Below, one piece after another: positions 26,101-38,700 of a stretch of 64,000 nt of DNA. The stretch lies in assembly GCA_964016885.1 (NCBI GenBank), contig OZ024744.1, forward strand, positions 23,064,001 to 23,128,000, read 5' to 3'. The position numbers were made by a program, and so were the translations under genes. Below the pieces are notes generated by a model. The model ran no database searches. It was not told where the DNA came from and saw only the letters and a program-made list of their open reading frames with translations. Within the stretch, counting starts at the first letter, position 1; each line of letters opens with the position of its first letter. The DNA comes from Eledone cirrhosa. Its lineage: Eukaryota.

Positions 26101-29100
26101 CAGTTCTTAAGATTCAACTGTTGTTAAAACGAGTTTTATCTAAAGATTCAGCTGTTGTTAAAATGAGTCAGTTCTTAAGATTCAACTGTTGTTAAAACGA
26201 GTTTTATCTTAAGATTCAACTGTTGTTAAAACGAGTCAGTTCTGAAGAATCAACTGTTGGTAAAACGAGTTTTATTTGAAGATTCAACTGTTGTTAAAAC
26301 GAGTTTTATCTTAAGATTCAGCTGTTGTTAAAACGAGTCAGTTCTTAAGATACTACTGTTGTTAAAACGAATTTTATCTTAAGATTCAACTGTTGTTAAA
26401 ACGAGTTTTATCTTAAGATTCAGCTGTTGTTAAAACGAATCAGTTCTTAAGATTCAACTGTTGTTAAAACGAGTTTTATTTGAAGATTCAACTGTTGTAA
26501 AACGAGTTTTATCTTAAGATTCAGCTGTTGTTAAAACGAGTCAGTTCTTAAGATTCAACTGTTGTTAAAACGAGTTTTATCTTAAGATTCAACTGTTGTT
26601 AAAACGAATCAGTTCTTAAGATTCAACTGTTGTTAAAATGAGTCAGTTCTTAAGATTCAACTGTTGTTAAAACGAGTTTTATCTTAAGACTCAACTGTTG
26701 TTAAAACGAGTCAGTTCTTAAGATTCAACTGTAGTTAAAACGAGTTTTATCTGAAGATTCAACTGTTGTTAAAACGAATCAGTTCTTAAGATTCAACTGT
26801 TGTTAAAATGAGTCAGTTCTTAAGATTCAACTGTTGTTAAAACGAGTTTTATCTTAAGATTCAACTGTTGTTAAAACGAGTCAGTTCTTAAGGTTGAACT
26901 GTTGTTAAAACGAGTCAGTTCTTAAGATTCAACTGTTGTTAAAACGAGTTTTATCTTAAGATTCAACTGTTGTTAAAATGAGTCAGTTCTTAAGATTCAA
27001 CCGTTGTTAAAACGAGTTTTATCTTAAGATTAAACTGTTGTTAACACGAGTCAGTTCTTAAGATTCAACTGTTGTTAAAGCGAGTTTTATTTGAAGATTC
27101 AACTGTTGTTAAAACGAGTCAGTGCTTAAGGTTGAACTGTTGATAAAACGAGTCAGTTCTTAAGATTCAACTGTTGTTAAAACGAGTTTTATCTTAAGAT
27201 TCAGCTGTTGTTAAAACGAGTCAGTTCTTAAGATTCAACTGTTGTTAAAACGAGTTTTATTTGAAGATTCAACTGTTGTAAAACGAGTTTTATCTTAAGA
27301 TTCAGCTGTTGTTAAAACGAGTCAGTTCTTAAGATTCAACTGTTGTTAAAACGAGTTTTATCTTAAGATTCAACTGTTGTTAAAACGAATCAGTTCTTAA
27401 GATTCAACTGTTGTTAAAATGAGTCAGTTCTTAAGATTCAACTGTTGTTAAAACGAGTCAGTTATTAAGATTCAACTGTAGTTAAAACGAGTTTTATCTG
27501 AAGATTCAACTGTTGTTAAAACGAATCAGTTCTTAAGATTCAACTGTTGTTAAAACGAATCAGTTCTTAAGATTCAACTGTTGTTAAAATGAGTCAGTTC
27601 TTAAGATTCAACTGTTGTTAAAACGAGTTTTATCTTAAGATTCAACTGTTGTTAAAACGAGTCAGTACTTAAGGTTGAACTGTTGTTAAAACGAGTCAGT
27701 TCTTAAGATTCAACTGTTGTTAAAACGAGTTTTATCTTAAGATTCAACTGTTGTTAAAATGAGTCAGTTCTTAAGATTCAACCGTTGTTAAAACGAGTTT
27801 TATCTTAAGATTCAACTGTTGTTAAAACGAGTCAGTTCTTAAGATTCAACTGTTGTTAAAGCGAGTTTTATTTGAAGATTTAACTGTTGTTAAAACGAGT
27901 CAGTGCTTAAGGTTGAACTGTTGATAAAACGAGTCAGTTCTTAAGATTCAACTGTTGTTAAAACGAAATTTATCTTAAGATTCAGCTGTTGTTAAAACGA
28001 GTCAGTTCTTAAGATTCAACTGTTGTTAAAACGAATTTTATCTTAAGATTCAACTGTTGTTAAAACGAGTTTTATCTTAAGATTCAGCTGTTGTTAAAAC
28101 GAATCAGTTCTTAAGATTCAACTGTTGTTAAAACGAATTTTATTTGAAGATTCAACTGTTGTTAAGATGAGTCAGTTCTTAAGATTCAACTGTTGTTAAA
28201 ACGAGTTTATCTTAAAATTCAGCCGTTGTTAAAACGAGTCAGTTCTTAAGATTCAACTGTTGTTAAAACGAGTTTTATCTTAAGATTCAACTGTTGTTAA
28301 AATGAGTCAGTTCTTAAGATTCAACTGTTGTTAAAACGAGTTTTATTTGAGGATTCAACTGTTGTTAAAACGAGTCAGTTCTTAAGGTTGAACTGTTGAT
28401 AAAACGAGTCAGTTCTTAAGATTCAACTGTTGTTAAAACAAGTTTTATCTTAAGATTCAACTGTTGTTAAAACGAGTCAGTTCTGAAGAATCAACTGTTG
28501 TTAAAACGAGTTTTATTTGAAGATTCAACTGTTGTTAAAACGAGTCAGTGCTTAAGGTTGAACTGTTGATAAAACGAGTCAGTTCTTAAGATTCAACTGT
28601 TGTTAAAACGAGTTTTATCTTAAGATTCAGCTGTTGTTAAAACGAGTCAGTTCTTAAGATTCAACTGTTGTTAAAACGAATTTTATCTTAAGATTCAACA
28701 GTTGTTAAAACGAGTTTTATCTTAAGATTCAGCTGTTGTTAAAACGAATCAGTTCTTAAGATTCAACTGTTGTTAAAACGAGTTTTATCTTAAGATTCAA
28801 CTGTTGTTAAAACGAGTCAGTTCTTAAGGTTGAACTGATGTTAAAACGAGTCAGTTCTTAAGATTCAACTGTTGTTAAAACGAGTTTTATCTTAAGATTC
28901 AACTGTTGTTAAAATGAGTCAGTTCTTAAGATTCAACTGTTGTTAAAACGAGTTTTATCTTAAGATTCAACTGTTGTTAAAACGAGTCAGTTCTTAAGAT
29001 TCAACTGTTGTTAAAACGAGTTTTATTTGAAGATTCAACTGTTGTTAAAACGAGTCAGTGCTTAAGGTTGAACTGTGGATAAAACGAGTCAGTTCTTAAG

Positions 29101-29719
29101 ATTCAACTGTTGTTAAAAAGAGTTTTATCTTAAGATACAGCTGTTGTTAAAACGAGTCAGTTCTTAAGAGTCAACTGTTGTTAAAACGAATTTTATCTTA
29201 AGATTCAACTGTTGTTAAAACGAGTTTTATCTTAAGATTCAGCTGTTGTTAAAACGAATCAGTTCTTAAGATTCAACTGTTGTTAAAACGAATTTTATTT
29301 GAAGATTCAACTGTTGTTAAGATGAGTCAGTTCTTAAGGTTGAACTGTTCATAAAACGAGTCAGTTCTTAAGATTCAACTGTTGTTAAAACGAGTTTTAT
29401 CTTAAGATTTAGCTGTTGTTAAAACGAGTTAGTTCTTAAGATTCAACTGTTGTTAAAACGGGTTTATCTTAAAATTCAGCCGTTGTTAAAACGAGTCAGT
29501 TCTTAAGATTCAACTGTTGTTAAAACGAGTTTTATCTTAAGATTCAACTGTTGTTAAAATGAGTCAGTTCTTAAGATTCAACTGTTGTTAAAACGAGTTT
29601 TAACTTAAGATTCAACTGTTGTTAAAACGAATCAGTACTTAAGATTCAACTGTTGTTAAAACGAGTTTTATTTGAAGATTCAACTGTTGTTAAGATGAGT
29701 CAGTTCTTAAGGTTGAACT
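23150..29719 (+). repeat. ~4.1-kb (121-monomer) offset higher-order duplication; left boundary approximate
   Basis: CAGTACT 23554/27663, GAACTGATG 24723/28832 and GAACTGTGGA 24961/29070, all at offset 4109. In the second 24-kb copy the periodicity continues past 53.8 kb (GAACTCTTG 49718/53827). Confidence 0.8.
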
Positions 29720-32700
29720 GTTGATAAAACGAGTCAGTTCTTAAGATTCAACTGTTGTTAAAACGAGTTTTATCTTAAGATTTAGCTGTTGTTAAAACGA
29801 GTCAGTTCTTAAGATTCAACTGTTGTTAAAACGAGTTTATCTTAAAATTCAGCCGTTGTTAAAACGAGTCAGTTCTTAATATTCAACTGTTGTTAAAACG
29901 AGTTTTATCTTAAGATTCAACTGTTGTTAAAATGAGTCAGTTCTTAAGATTCAACTGTTGTTAAAACGAGTTTTATTTGAGGATTCAACTGTTGTTAAAA
30001 CGAGTCAGTTCTTAAGGTTGAACTGTTGATAAAACGAGTCAGTTCTTAAGATTCAACTGTTGTTAAAACGAGTTTTATCTTAAGATTCAACTGTTGTTAA
30101 AATGAGTCAGTTCTTAAGATTCAACTGTTGTTAAAACGAGTTTTATCTTAAGATTCAACTGTTGTTAAAACGAGTCAGTTCTTAAGATTCAACTGTTGTT
30201 AAAACGAGTTTTATTTGAAGATTCAACTGTTGTTAAAACGAGTCAGTGCTTAAGGTTGAACTGTTGATAAAACGAGTCAGTTCTTAAGATTCAACTGTTG
30301 TTAAAAAGAGTTTTATCTTAAGATTCAGCTGTTGTTAAAACGAGTCAGTTCTTAAGATTCAACTGTTGTTAAAACGAATTTTATCTTAAGATTCAACTGT
30401 TGTTAAAACGACTTTTATCTTAAGATTCAGCTGTTGTTAAAACGAATCAGCTCTTAAGATTCAACTGTTGTTAAAACGAATTTTATTTGAAGATTCAACT
30501 GTTGTTAAGATGAGTCAGTTCTTAAGGTTGAACTGTTCATAAAACGAGTCAGTTCTTAAGATTCAACTGTTGTTAAAACGAGTTTTATCTTAAGATTTAG
30601 CTGTTGTTAAAACGAGTTATTTCCTAAGATTCAACTGTTGTTAAAACGAGTTTATCTTAAAATTCAGCCGTTGTTAAAACGAGTCAGTTCTTAAGATTCA
30701 ACTGTTGTTAAAACGAGTTTTATCTTAAGATTCAACTGTTGTTAAAACGAGTTTTATCTTAAGATTCAGCTGTTGTTAAAACGAATCAGTTCTTAAGATT
30801 CAACTGTTGTTAAACGAATTTTATCTTAAGATTCAACTGTTGTTAAAACGAGTTTTATCTTAAGATTCAGCTGTTGTTAAAACGAATCAGTTCTTAAGAT
30901 TCAACTGTTGTTAAAACGAGTTTTATCTTAAGATTCAACTGTTGTTAAAACGAATCAGTTCTTAAGATTCAACTGTTGTTAAAACGAGTGTTATCTTAAG
31001 ATTCATCTGTTGTTAAAACGAATCAGTTCTGAAGAATCAACTGTTGTTAAAACGAGTTTTATTTGAAGATTCAACTGTTGTTAAAACGAGTCAGTGCTTT
31101 AGGTTGAACTGTTGATAAAACGAGTCAGTTCTTAAGATTCAACTGTTGTTAAAACGAGTTTTATCTTAAGATTCAGATGTTGTTAAAACGAGTCAGTTCT
31201 TAAGATTCAACTGTTGTTAAAACGAATTTTATCTTAAGATTCAACTGTTGTTAAAACGAGTTTTATCTTAAGATTCAGCTATTGTTAAAACGAATCAGTT
31301 CTTAAGATTCAACTGTTGTTAAAACGAGTTTTATTTGAAGATTCAACTGTTGTTAAGACGAGTCAGTTCTTAAGGTTGAACTCTTGATAAAACGAGTCAG
31401 TTCTTAAGATTCAACTGTTGTAAAACGAGTTTTATCTTAAGATTCAGCTGTTGTTAAAACGAGTCAGTTCTTAAGATTCAACTGTTGTTAAAACGAGTTT
31501 TATCTTAAGATTCAACTGTTGTTAAAACGAATCAGTTCTTAAGATTCAACTGTTGTTAAAATGAGTCAGTTCTTAAGATTCAACTGTTGTAAAAACTAGT
31601 TTCATCTTAAGATTCAACTGTTGTTAAAATGAGTCAGCTCTTAAGATTCAACTGTTGTTAAAACGAGTTTTATCTTAAGATTCAACTGTTGTTAAAACGA
31701 GTCAGTTCTTAAGATTCAACTGTTGTTAAAACGAGTTTTATTTGAGGATTCAACTGTTGTTAAAACGAGTCATTTCTTAAGGTTGAACTGTTGATAAAAC
31801 GAGTCAGTTCTTAAGATTCAACTGTTGTTAAAACGAGTTTTATCTAAAGATTCAGCTGTTGTTAAAATGAGTCAGTTCTTAAGATTCAACTGTTGTTAAA
31901 ACGAGTTTTATGTTAAAATTCAACTGTTGTTAAAACGAGTCAGTTCTGAAGAATCAACTGTTGTTAAAACGAGTTTTATTTGAAGATTCAACTGTTGTTA
32001 AAACGAGTTTTATCTTAAGATTCAGCTGTTGTTAAAACGAGTCAGTTCTTAAGATACAACTGTTGTTAAAACGAATTTTATCTTAAGATTCAACTGTTGT
32101 TAAAACGAGTTTTATCTTAAGATTCAGCTGTTGTTAAAACGAATCAGTTCTTAAGATTCAACTGTTGTTAAAACGAGTTTTATTTGAAGATTCAACTGTT
32201 GTAAAACGAGTTTTATCTTAAGATTCAGCTGTTGTTAAAACGAGTCAGTTCTTAAGATTCAACTGTTGTTAAAACGAGTTTTATCTTAAGATTCAACTGT
32301 TGTTAAAACGAATCAGTTCTTAAGATTCAACTGTTGTTAAAATGAGTCAGTTCTTAAGTTTCAACTGTTGTAAAACGAGTTTTATCTTAAGATTCAGCTG
32401 TTGTTAAAACGAGTCAGTTCTTAAGATTCAACTGTAGTTAAAACGAGTTTTATCTGAAGATTCAACTGTTGTTAAAACGAATCAGTTGTTAAGATTCAAC
32501 TGTTGTTAAAATGAGTCAGTTCTTAAGATTCAACTGTTGTTAAAACGAGTTTTATCTTAAGATTCAACTGTTGTTAAAACGAGTCAGTTCTTAAGATTCA
32601 ACTGTTGTTAAAACGAGTTTTATCTTAAGATTCAACTGTTGTTAAAACGAGTCAGTGCTTAAGGTTGAACTGTTGATAAAACGAGTCAGTTCTTAAGATT

Positions 32701-35700
32701 CAACTGTTGTTAAAACGAGTTTTATCTTAAGATTCAGCTGTTGTTAAAACGAGTCAGTTCTTAAGATTCAACTGTTGTTAAAACGAATTTTATCTTAAGA
32801 TTCAACTGTTGTTAAAACGAGTTTTATCTTAAGATTCAGCTGTTGTTAAAACGAATCAGTTCTTAAGATTCAACTGTTGTTAAAACTAATTTTATTTGAA
32901 GATTCAACTGTTGTTAAGATGAGTCAGTTCTTAAGGTTGAACTGTTGATAAAACGAGTCAGTTCTTAAGATTCAACTGTTGTTAAAACGAGTCAGTTCTT
33001 AAGATTCAACTGTTGTTAAAACGAGTTTTATCTTAAGATTCAACTGTTGTTAAAATGAGTCAGTTCTTAAGATTCAACCGTTGTTAAAACGAGTTTTATC
33101 TTAAGATTCAGCTGTTGTTAAAACGAGTCAGTTCTTAAGATTCAACTGTTGTTAAACGAATTTTATCTTAAGATTCAACTGTTGTTAAAACGAGTTTTAT
33201 CTTAAGATTCAGCTGTTGTTAAAACGAATCAGTTCTTAAGATTCAACTGTTGTTAAAACGAGTTTTATCTTAAGATTCAACTGTTGTTAAAACGAATCAG
33301 TTCTTAAGATTCAACTGTTGTTAAAACGAGTGTTATCTTAAGATTCATCTGTTGTTAAAACGAATCAGTTCTGAAGAATCAACTGTTGTTAAAACGAGTT
33401 TTATTTGAAGATTCAACTGTTGTTAAAACGAGACAGTGCTTTAGGTTGAACTGTTGATAAAACGAGTCAGTTCTTAAGATTCAACTGTTGTTAAAACGAG
33501 TTTTATCTTAAGATTCAGATGTTGTTAAAACGAGTCAGTTCTTAAGATTCAACTGTTGTTAAAACGAATTTTATCTTAAGATTCAACTGTTGTTAAAACG
33601 AGTTTTATCTTAAGATTCAGCTATTGTTAAAACGAATCAGTTCTTAAGATTCAACTGTTGTTAAAACGAGTTTTATTTGAAGATTCAACTGTTGTTAAGA
33701 CGAGTCAGTTCTTAAGGTTGAACTCTTGATAAAACGAGTCAGTTCTTAAGATTCAACTGTTGTAAAACGAGTTTTATCTTAAGATTCAGCTGTTGTTAAA
33801 ACGAGTCAGTTCTTAAGATTCAACTGTTGTTAAAACGAGTTTTATCTTAAGATTCAACTGTTGTTAAAACGAATCAGTTCTTAAGATTCAACTGTTGTTA
33901 AAATGAGTCAGTTCTTAAGATTCAACTGTTGTAAAAACTAGTTTCATCTTTAGATTCAACTGTTGTTAAAATGAGTCAGCTCTTAAGATTCAACTGTTGT
34001 TAAAACGAGTTTTATCTTAAGATTCAACTGTTGTTAAAACGAGTCAGTTCTTAAGATTCAACTGTTGTTAAAACGAGTTTTATTTGAGGATTCAACTGTT
34101 GTTAAAACGAGTCATTTCTTAAGGTTGAACTGTTGATAAAACGAGTCAGTTCTTAAGATTCAACTGTTGTTAAAACGAGTTTTATCTAAAGATTCAGCTG
34201 TTGTTAAAATGAGTCAGTTCTTAAGATTCAACTGTTGTTAAAACGAGTTTTATCTTAAAATTCAACTGTTGTTAAAACGAGTCAGTTCTGAAGAATCAAC
34301 TGTTGTTAAAACGAGTTTTATTTGAAGATTCAACTGTTGTTAAAACGAGTTTTATCTTAAGATTCAGCTGTTGTTAAAACGAGTCAGTTCTTAAGATACA
34401 ACTGTTGTTAAAACGAATTTTATCTTAAGATTCAACTGTTGTTAAAACGAGTTTTATCTTAAGATTCAGCTGTTGTTAAAACGAATCAGTTCTTAAGATT
34501 CAACTGTTGTTAAAACGAGTTTTATTTGAAGATTCAACTGTTGTAAAACGAGTTTTATCTTAAGATTCAGCTGTTGTTAAAACGAGTCAGTTCTTAAGAT
34601 TCAACTGTTGTTAAAACGAGTTTTATCTTAAGATTCAACTGTTGTTAAAACGAATCAGTTCTTAAGATTCAACTGTTGTTAAAATGAGTCAGTTCTTAAG
34701 ATTCAACTGTTGTAAAACGAGTTTTATCTTAAGATTCAGCTGTTGTTAAAACGAGTCAGTTCTTAAGATTCAACTGTTGTTAAAACGAGTTATATCTTAA
34801 GATTCAACTGTGGTTAAAACGAATCAGTTCTTAAGATTCAACTGTTGTTAAAATGAGTCAGTTCTTAAGTTTCAACTGTTGTAAAACGAGTTTTATCTTA
34901 AGATTCAGCTGTTGTTAAAACGAGTCAGTTCTTAAGATTCAACTGTAGTTAAAACGAGTTTTATCTGAAGATTCAACTGTTGTTAAAACGAATCAGTTGT
35001 TAAGATTCAACTGTTGTTAAAATGAGTCAGTTCTTAAGATTCAACTGTTGTTAAAACGAGTTTTATCTTAAGATTCAACTGTTGTTAAAACGAGTCAGTT
35101 CTTAAGATTCAACTGTTGTTAAAACGAGTTTTATCTTAAGATTCAACTGTTGTTAAAATGAGTCAGTTCTTAAGATTCAACCGTTGTTAAAACGAGTTTT
35201 ATCTTAAGATTCAACTGTTGTTAAAACGAGTCAGTTCTTAAGATTCAACTGTTGTTAAAGCGAGTTTTATTTGAAGATTCAACTGTTGTTAAAACGAGTC
35301 AGTGCTTAAGGTTGAACTGTTGATAAAACGAGTCAGTTCTTAAGATTCAACTGTTGTTAAAACGAGTTTTATCTTAAGATTCAGCTGTTGTTAAAACGAG
35401 TCAGTTCTTAAGATTCAACTGTTGTTAAAACGAATTTTATCTTAAGATTCAACTGTTGTTAAAACGAGTTTTATCTTAAGATTCAGCTGTTGTTAAAACG
35501 AATCAGTTCTTAAGATTCAACTGTTGTTAAAACTAATTTTATTTGAAGATTCAACTGTTGTAAAACGAGTTTTATCTTAAGATTCAGCTGTTGTTAAAAC
35601 GAGTCAGTTCTTAAGATTCAACTGTTGTTAAAACGAGTTTTATCTTAAGATTCAACTGTTGTTAAAACGAATCAGTTCTTAAGATTCAACTGTTGTTAAA

Positions 35701-38700
35701 ATGAGTCAGTTCTTAAGATTCAACTGTTGTAAAACGAGTTTTATCTTAAGATTCAGCTGTTGTTAAAACGAGTCAGTTCTTAAGATTCAACTGTTGTTAA
35801 AACGAGTTTTATCTTAAGATTCAACTGTTGTTAAAACGAATCAGTTCTTAAGATTCAACTGTTGTTAAAATGAGTCAGTTCTTAAGATTCAACTGTTGTA
35901 AAACGAGTTTTATCTTAAGATTCAGCTGTTGTTAAAACGAGTCAGTTCTTAAGATTCAACTGTAGTTAAAACGAGTTTTATCTGAAGATTCAACTGTTGT
36001 TAAAACGAATCAGTTGTTAAGATTCAACTGTTGTTAAAATGAGTCAGTTCTTAAGATTCAACTGTTGTTAAAACGAGTTTTATCTTAAGATTCAACTGTT
36101 GTTAAAACGAGTCAGTTCTTAAGATTCAACTGTTGTTAAAACGAGTTTTATCTTAAGATTCAACTGTTGTTAAAATGAGTCAGTTCTTAAGATTCAACCG
36201 TTGTTAAAACGAGTTTTATCTTAAGATTCAACTGTTGTTAAAACGAGTCAGTTCTTAAGATTCAACTGTTGTTAAAGCGAGTTTTATTTGAAGATTCAAC
36301 TGTTGTTAAAACGAGTCAGTGCTTAAGGTTGAACTGTTGATAAAACGAGTCAGTTCTTAAGATTCAACTGTTGTTAAAACGAGTTTTATCTTAAGATTCA
36401 GCTGTTGTTAAAACGAGTCAGTTCTTAAGATTCAACTGTTGTTAAAACGAATTTTATCTTAAGATTCAACTGTTGTTAAAACGAGTTTTATCTTAAGATT
36501 CAGCTGTTGTTAAAACGAATCAGTTCTTAAGATTCAACTGTTGTTAAAACTAATTTTATTTGAAGATTCAACTGTTGTTAAGATGAGTCAGTTCTTAAGG
36601 TTGAACTGTTGATAAAACGAGTCAGTTCTTAAGATTCAACTGTTGTTAAAACGAGTTTTATCTTAAGATTTAGCTGTTGTTAAAACGAGTCAGTTCTTAA
36701 GATTCAACTGTTGTTAAAACGAGTTTATCTTAAAATTCAGCCGTTGTTAAAACGAGTCAGTTCTTAAGATTCAACTGTTGTTAAAACGAGTTTTATCTTA
36801 AGATTCAACTGTTGTTAAAATGAGTCAGTTCTTAAGATTCAACTGTTGTTAAAACGAGTTTTATTTGAGGATTCAACTGTTGTTAAAACGAGTCAGTTCT
36901 TAAGGTTGAACTGTTGATAAAACGAGTCAGTTCTTAAGATTCAACTGTTGTTAAAACGAGTTTTATCTTAAGATTCAACTGTTGTTAAAATGAGTCAGTT
37001 CTTAATATTCAACTGTTGTTAAAACGAGTTTTATCTTAAGATTCAACTGTTGTTAAAACGAGTCAGTTCTTAAGATTCAACTGTTGTTAAAACGAGTTTT
37101 ATTTGAAGATTCAACTGTTGTTAAAACGAGTCAGTGCTTAAGGTTGAACTGTTGATAAAACGAGTCAGTTCTTAAGATTCAACTGTTGTTAAAAAGAGTT
37201 TTATCTTAAGATTCAGCTGTTGTTAAAACGAGTCAGTTCTTAAGATTCAACTGTTGTTAAAACGAATTTTATCTTAAGATTCAACTGTTGTTAAAACGAG
37301 TTTTATCTTAAGATTCAGCTGTTGTTAAAACGAATCAGCTCTTAAGATTCAACTGTTGTTAAAACGAATTTTATTTGAAGATTCAACTGTTGTTAAGATG
37401 AGTCAGTTCTTAAGGTTGAACTGTTCATAAAACGAGTCAATTCTTAAGATTCAACTGTTGTTAAAACGAGTTTTATCTTAAGATTTAGCTGTTGTTAAAA
37501 CGAGTTAGTTCTTAAGATTCAACTGTTGTTAAAACGAGTTTATCTTAAAATTCAGCCGTTGTTAAAACGAGTCAGTTCTTTAAGATTCAACTGTTGTTAA
37601 AACGAGTTTTATCTTAAGATTCAACTGTTGTTAAAACGAGTTTTATCTTAAGATTCAGCTGTTGTTAAAACGAGTCAGTTCTTAAGATTCAACTGTTGTT
37701 AAAACGAGTGTTATCTTAAGATTCATCTGTTGTTAAAACGAGTCAGTTCTGAAGAATCAACTGTTGTTAAAACGAGTTTTATTTGAAGATTCAACTGTTG
37801 TTAAAACGAGTCAGTGCTTAAGGTTGAACTGTTGATAAAACGAGTCAGTTCTTAAGATTCAACTGTTGTTAAAACGAGTTTTATCTTAAGATTCAGATGT
37901 TGTTAAAACAAGTCAGTTCTTAAGATTCAACTGTTGTTAAAACAAATTTTATCTTAAGATTCAACTGTTGTTAAAACGAGTTTTATCTTAAGATTCAACT
38001 GTTGTTAAAATGAGTCAGTTCTTAAGATTCAACTGTTGTAAAAACTAGTTTCATCTTAAGATTCAACCGTTGTTAAAACTAGTCAGTTCTTAAGATTCAA
38101 CTGTAGTTAAAACGAGTTTTATCTGAAGATTCAACTGTTGTTAAAACGAATCAGTTCTTAAGATTCAGCTGTTGTTAAAATGAGTCAGTTCTTAAGATTC
38201 AACTGTTGTTAAAACGAGTTTTATCTTAAGATTCAACTGTTGTTAAAACGAGTCAGTTCTTAAGATTCAACTGTTGTTAAAACGAGTTTTATCTTAAGAT
38301 TCAACTGTTGTTAAAATGAGTCAGTTCTTAAGATTCACCCGTTGTTAAAACGAGTTTTATCTTAAGATTCAACTGTTGTTAAAACGAGTCAGTTCTTAAG
38401 ATTCAACTGTTGTTAAAGCGAGTTTTATTTGAAGATTCAACTGTTGTTAAAACGAGTCAGTGCTTAAGGTTGAACTGTTGATAAAACGAGTCAGTTCTTA
38501 AGATTCAACTGTTGTTAAAACGAGTTTTATCTTAAGATTCAGCTGTTGTTAAAACGAGTCAGTTCTTAAGATTCAACTGTTGTTAAAACGAATTTTATCT
38601 TAAGATTCAACTGTTGTTAAAACGAGTTTTATCTTAAGATTCAGCTGTTGTTAAAAAGAATCAGTTCTTAAGATTCAACTGTTGTTAAAACTAATTTTAT

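Larger units (their letters stand above)
5487..29665 (+). repeat. Copy 1 of ~24.2-kb tandem duplication within the satellite
   Basis: Rare private variants recur at offset 24179: GACTTTT 6231/30410, GAGACAG 9251/33430, TTATATC 10611/34790, extra-T GTTCTTTAAG ~13400/~37579. Identity begins just after ACTAA (5482-5486) versus ACGAG (29661-29665). Confidence 0.93.
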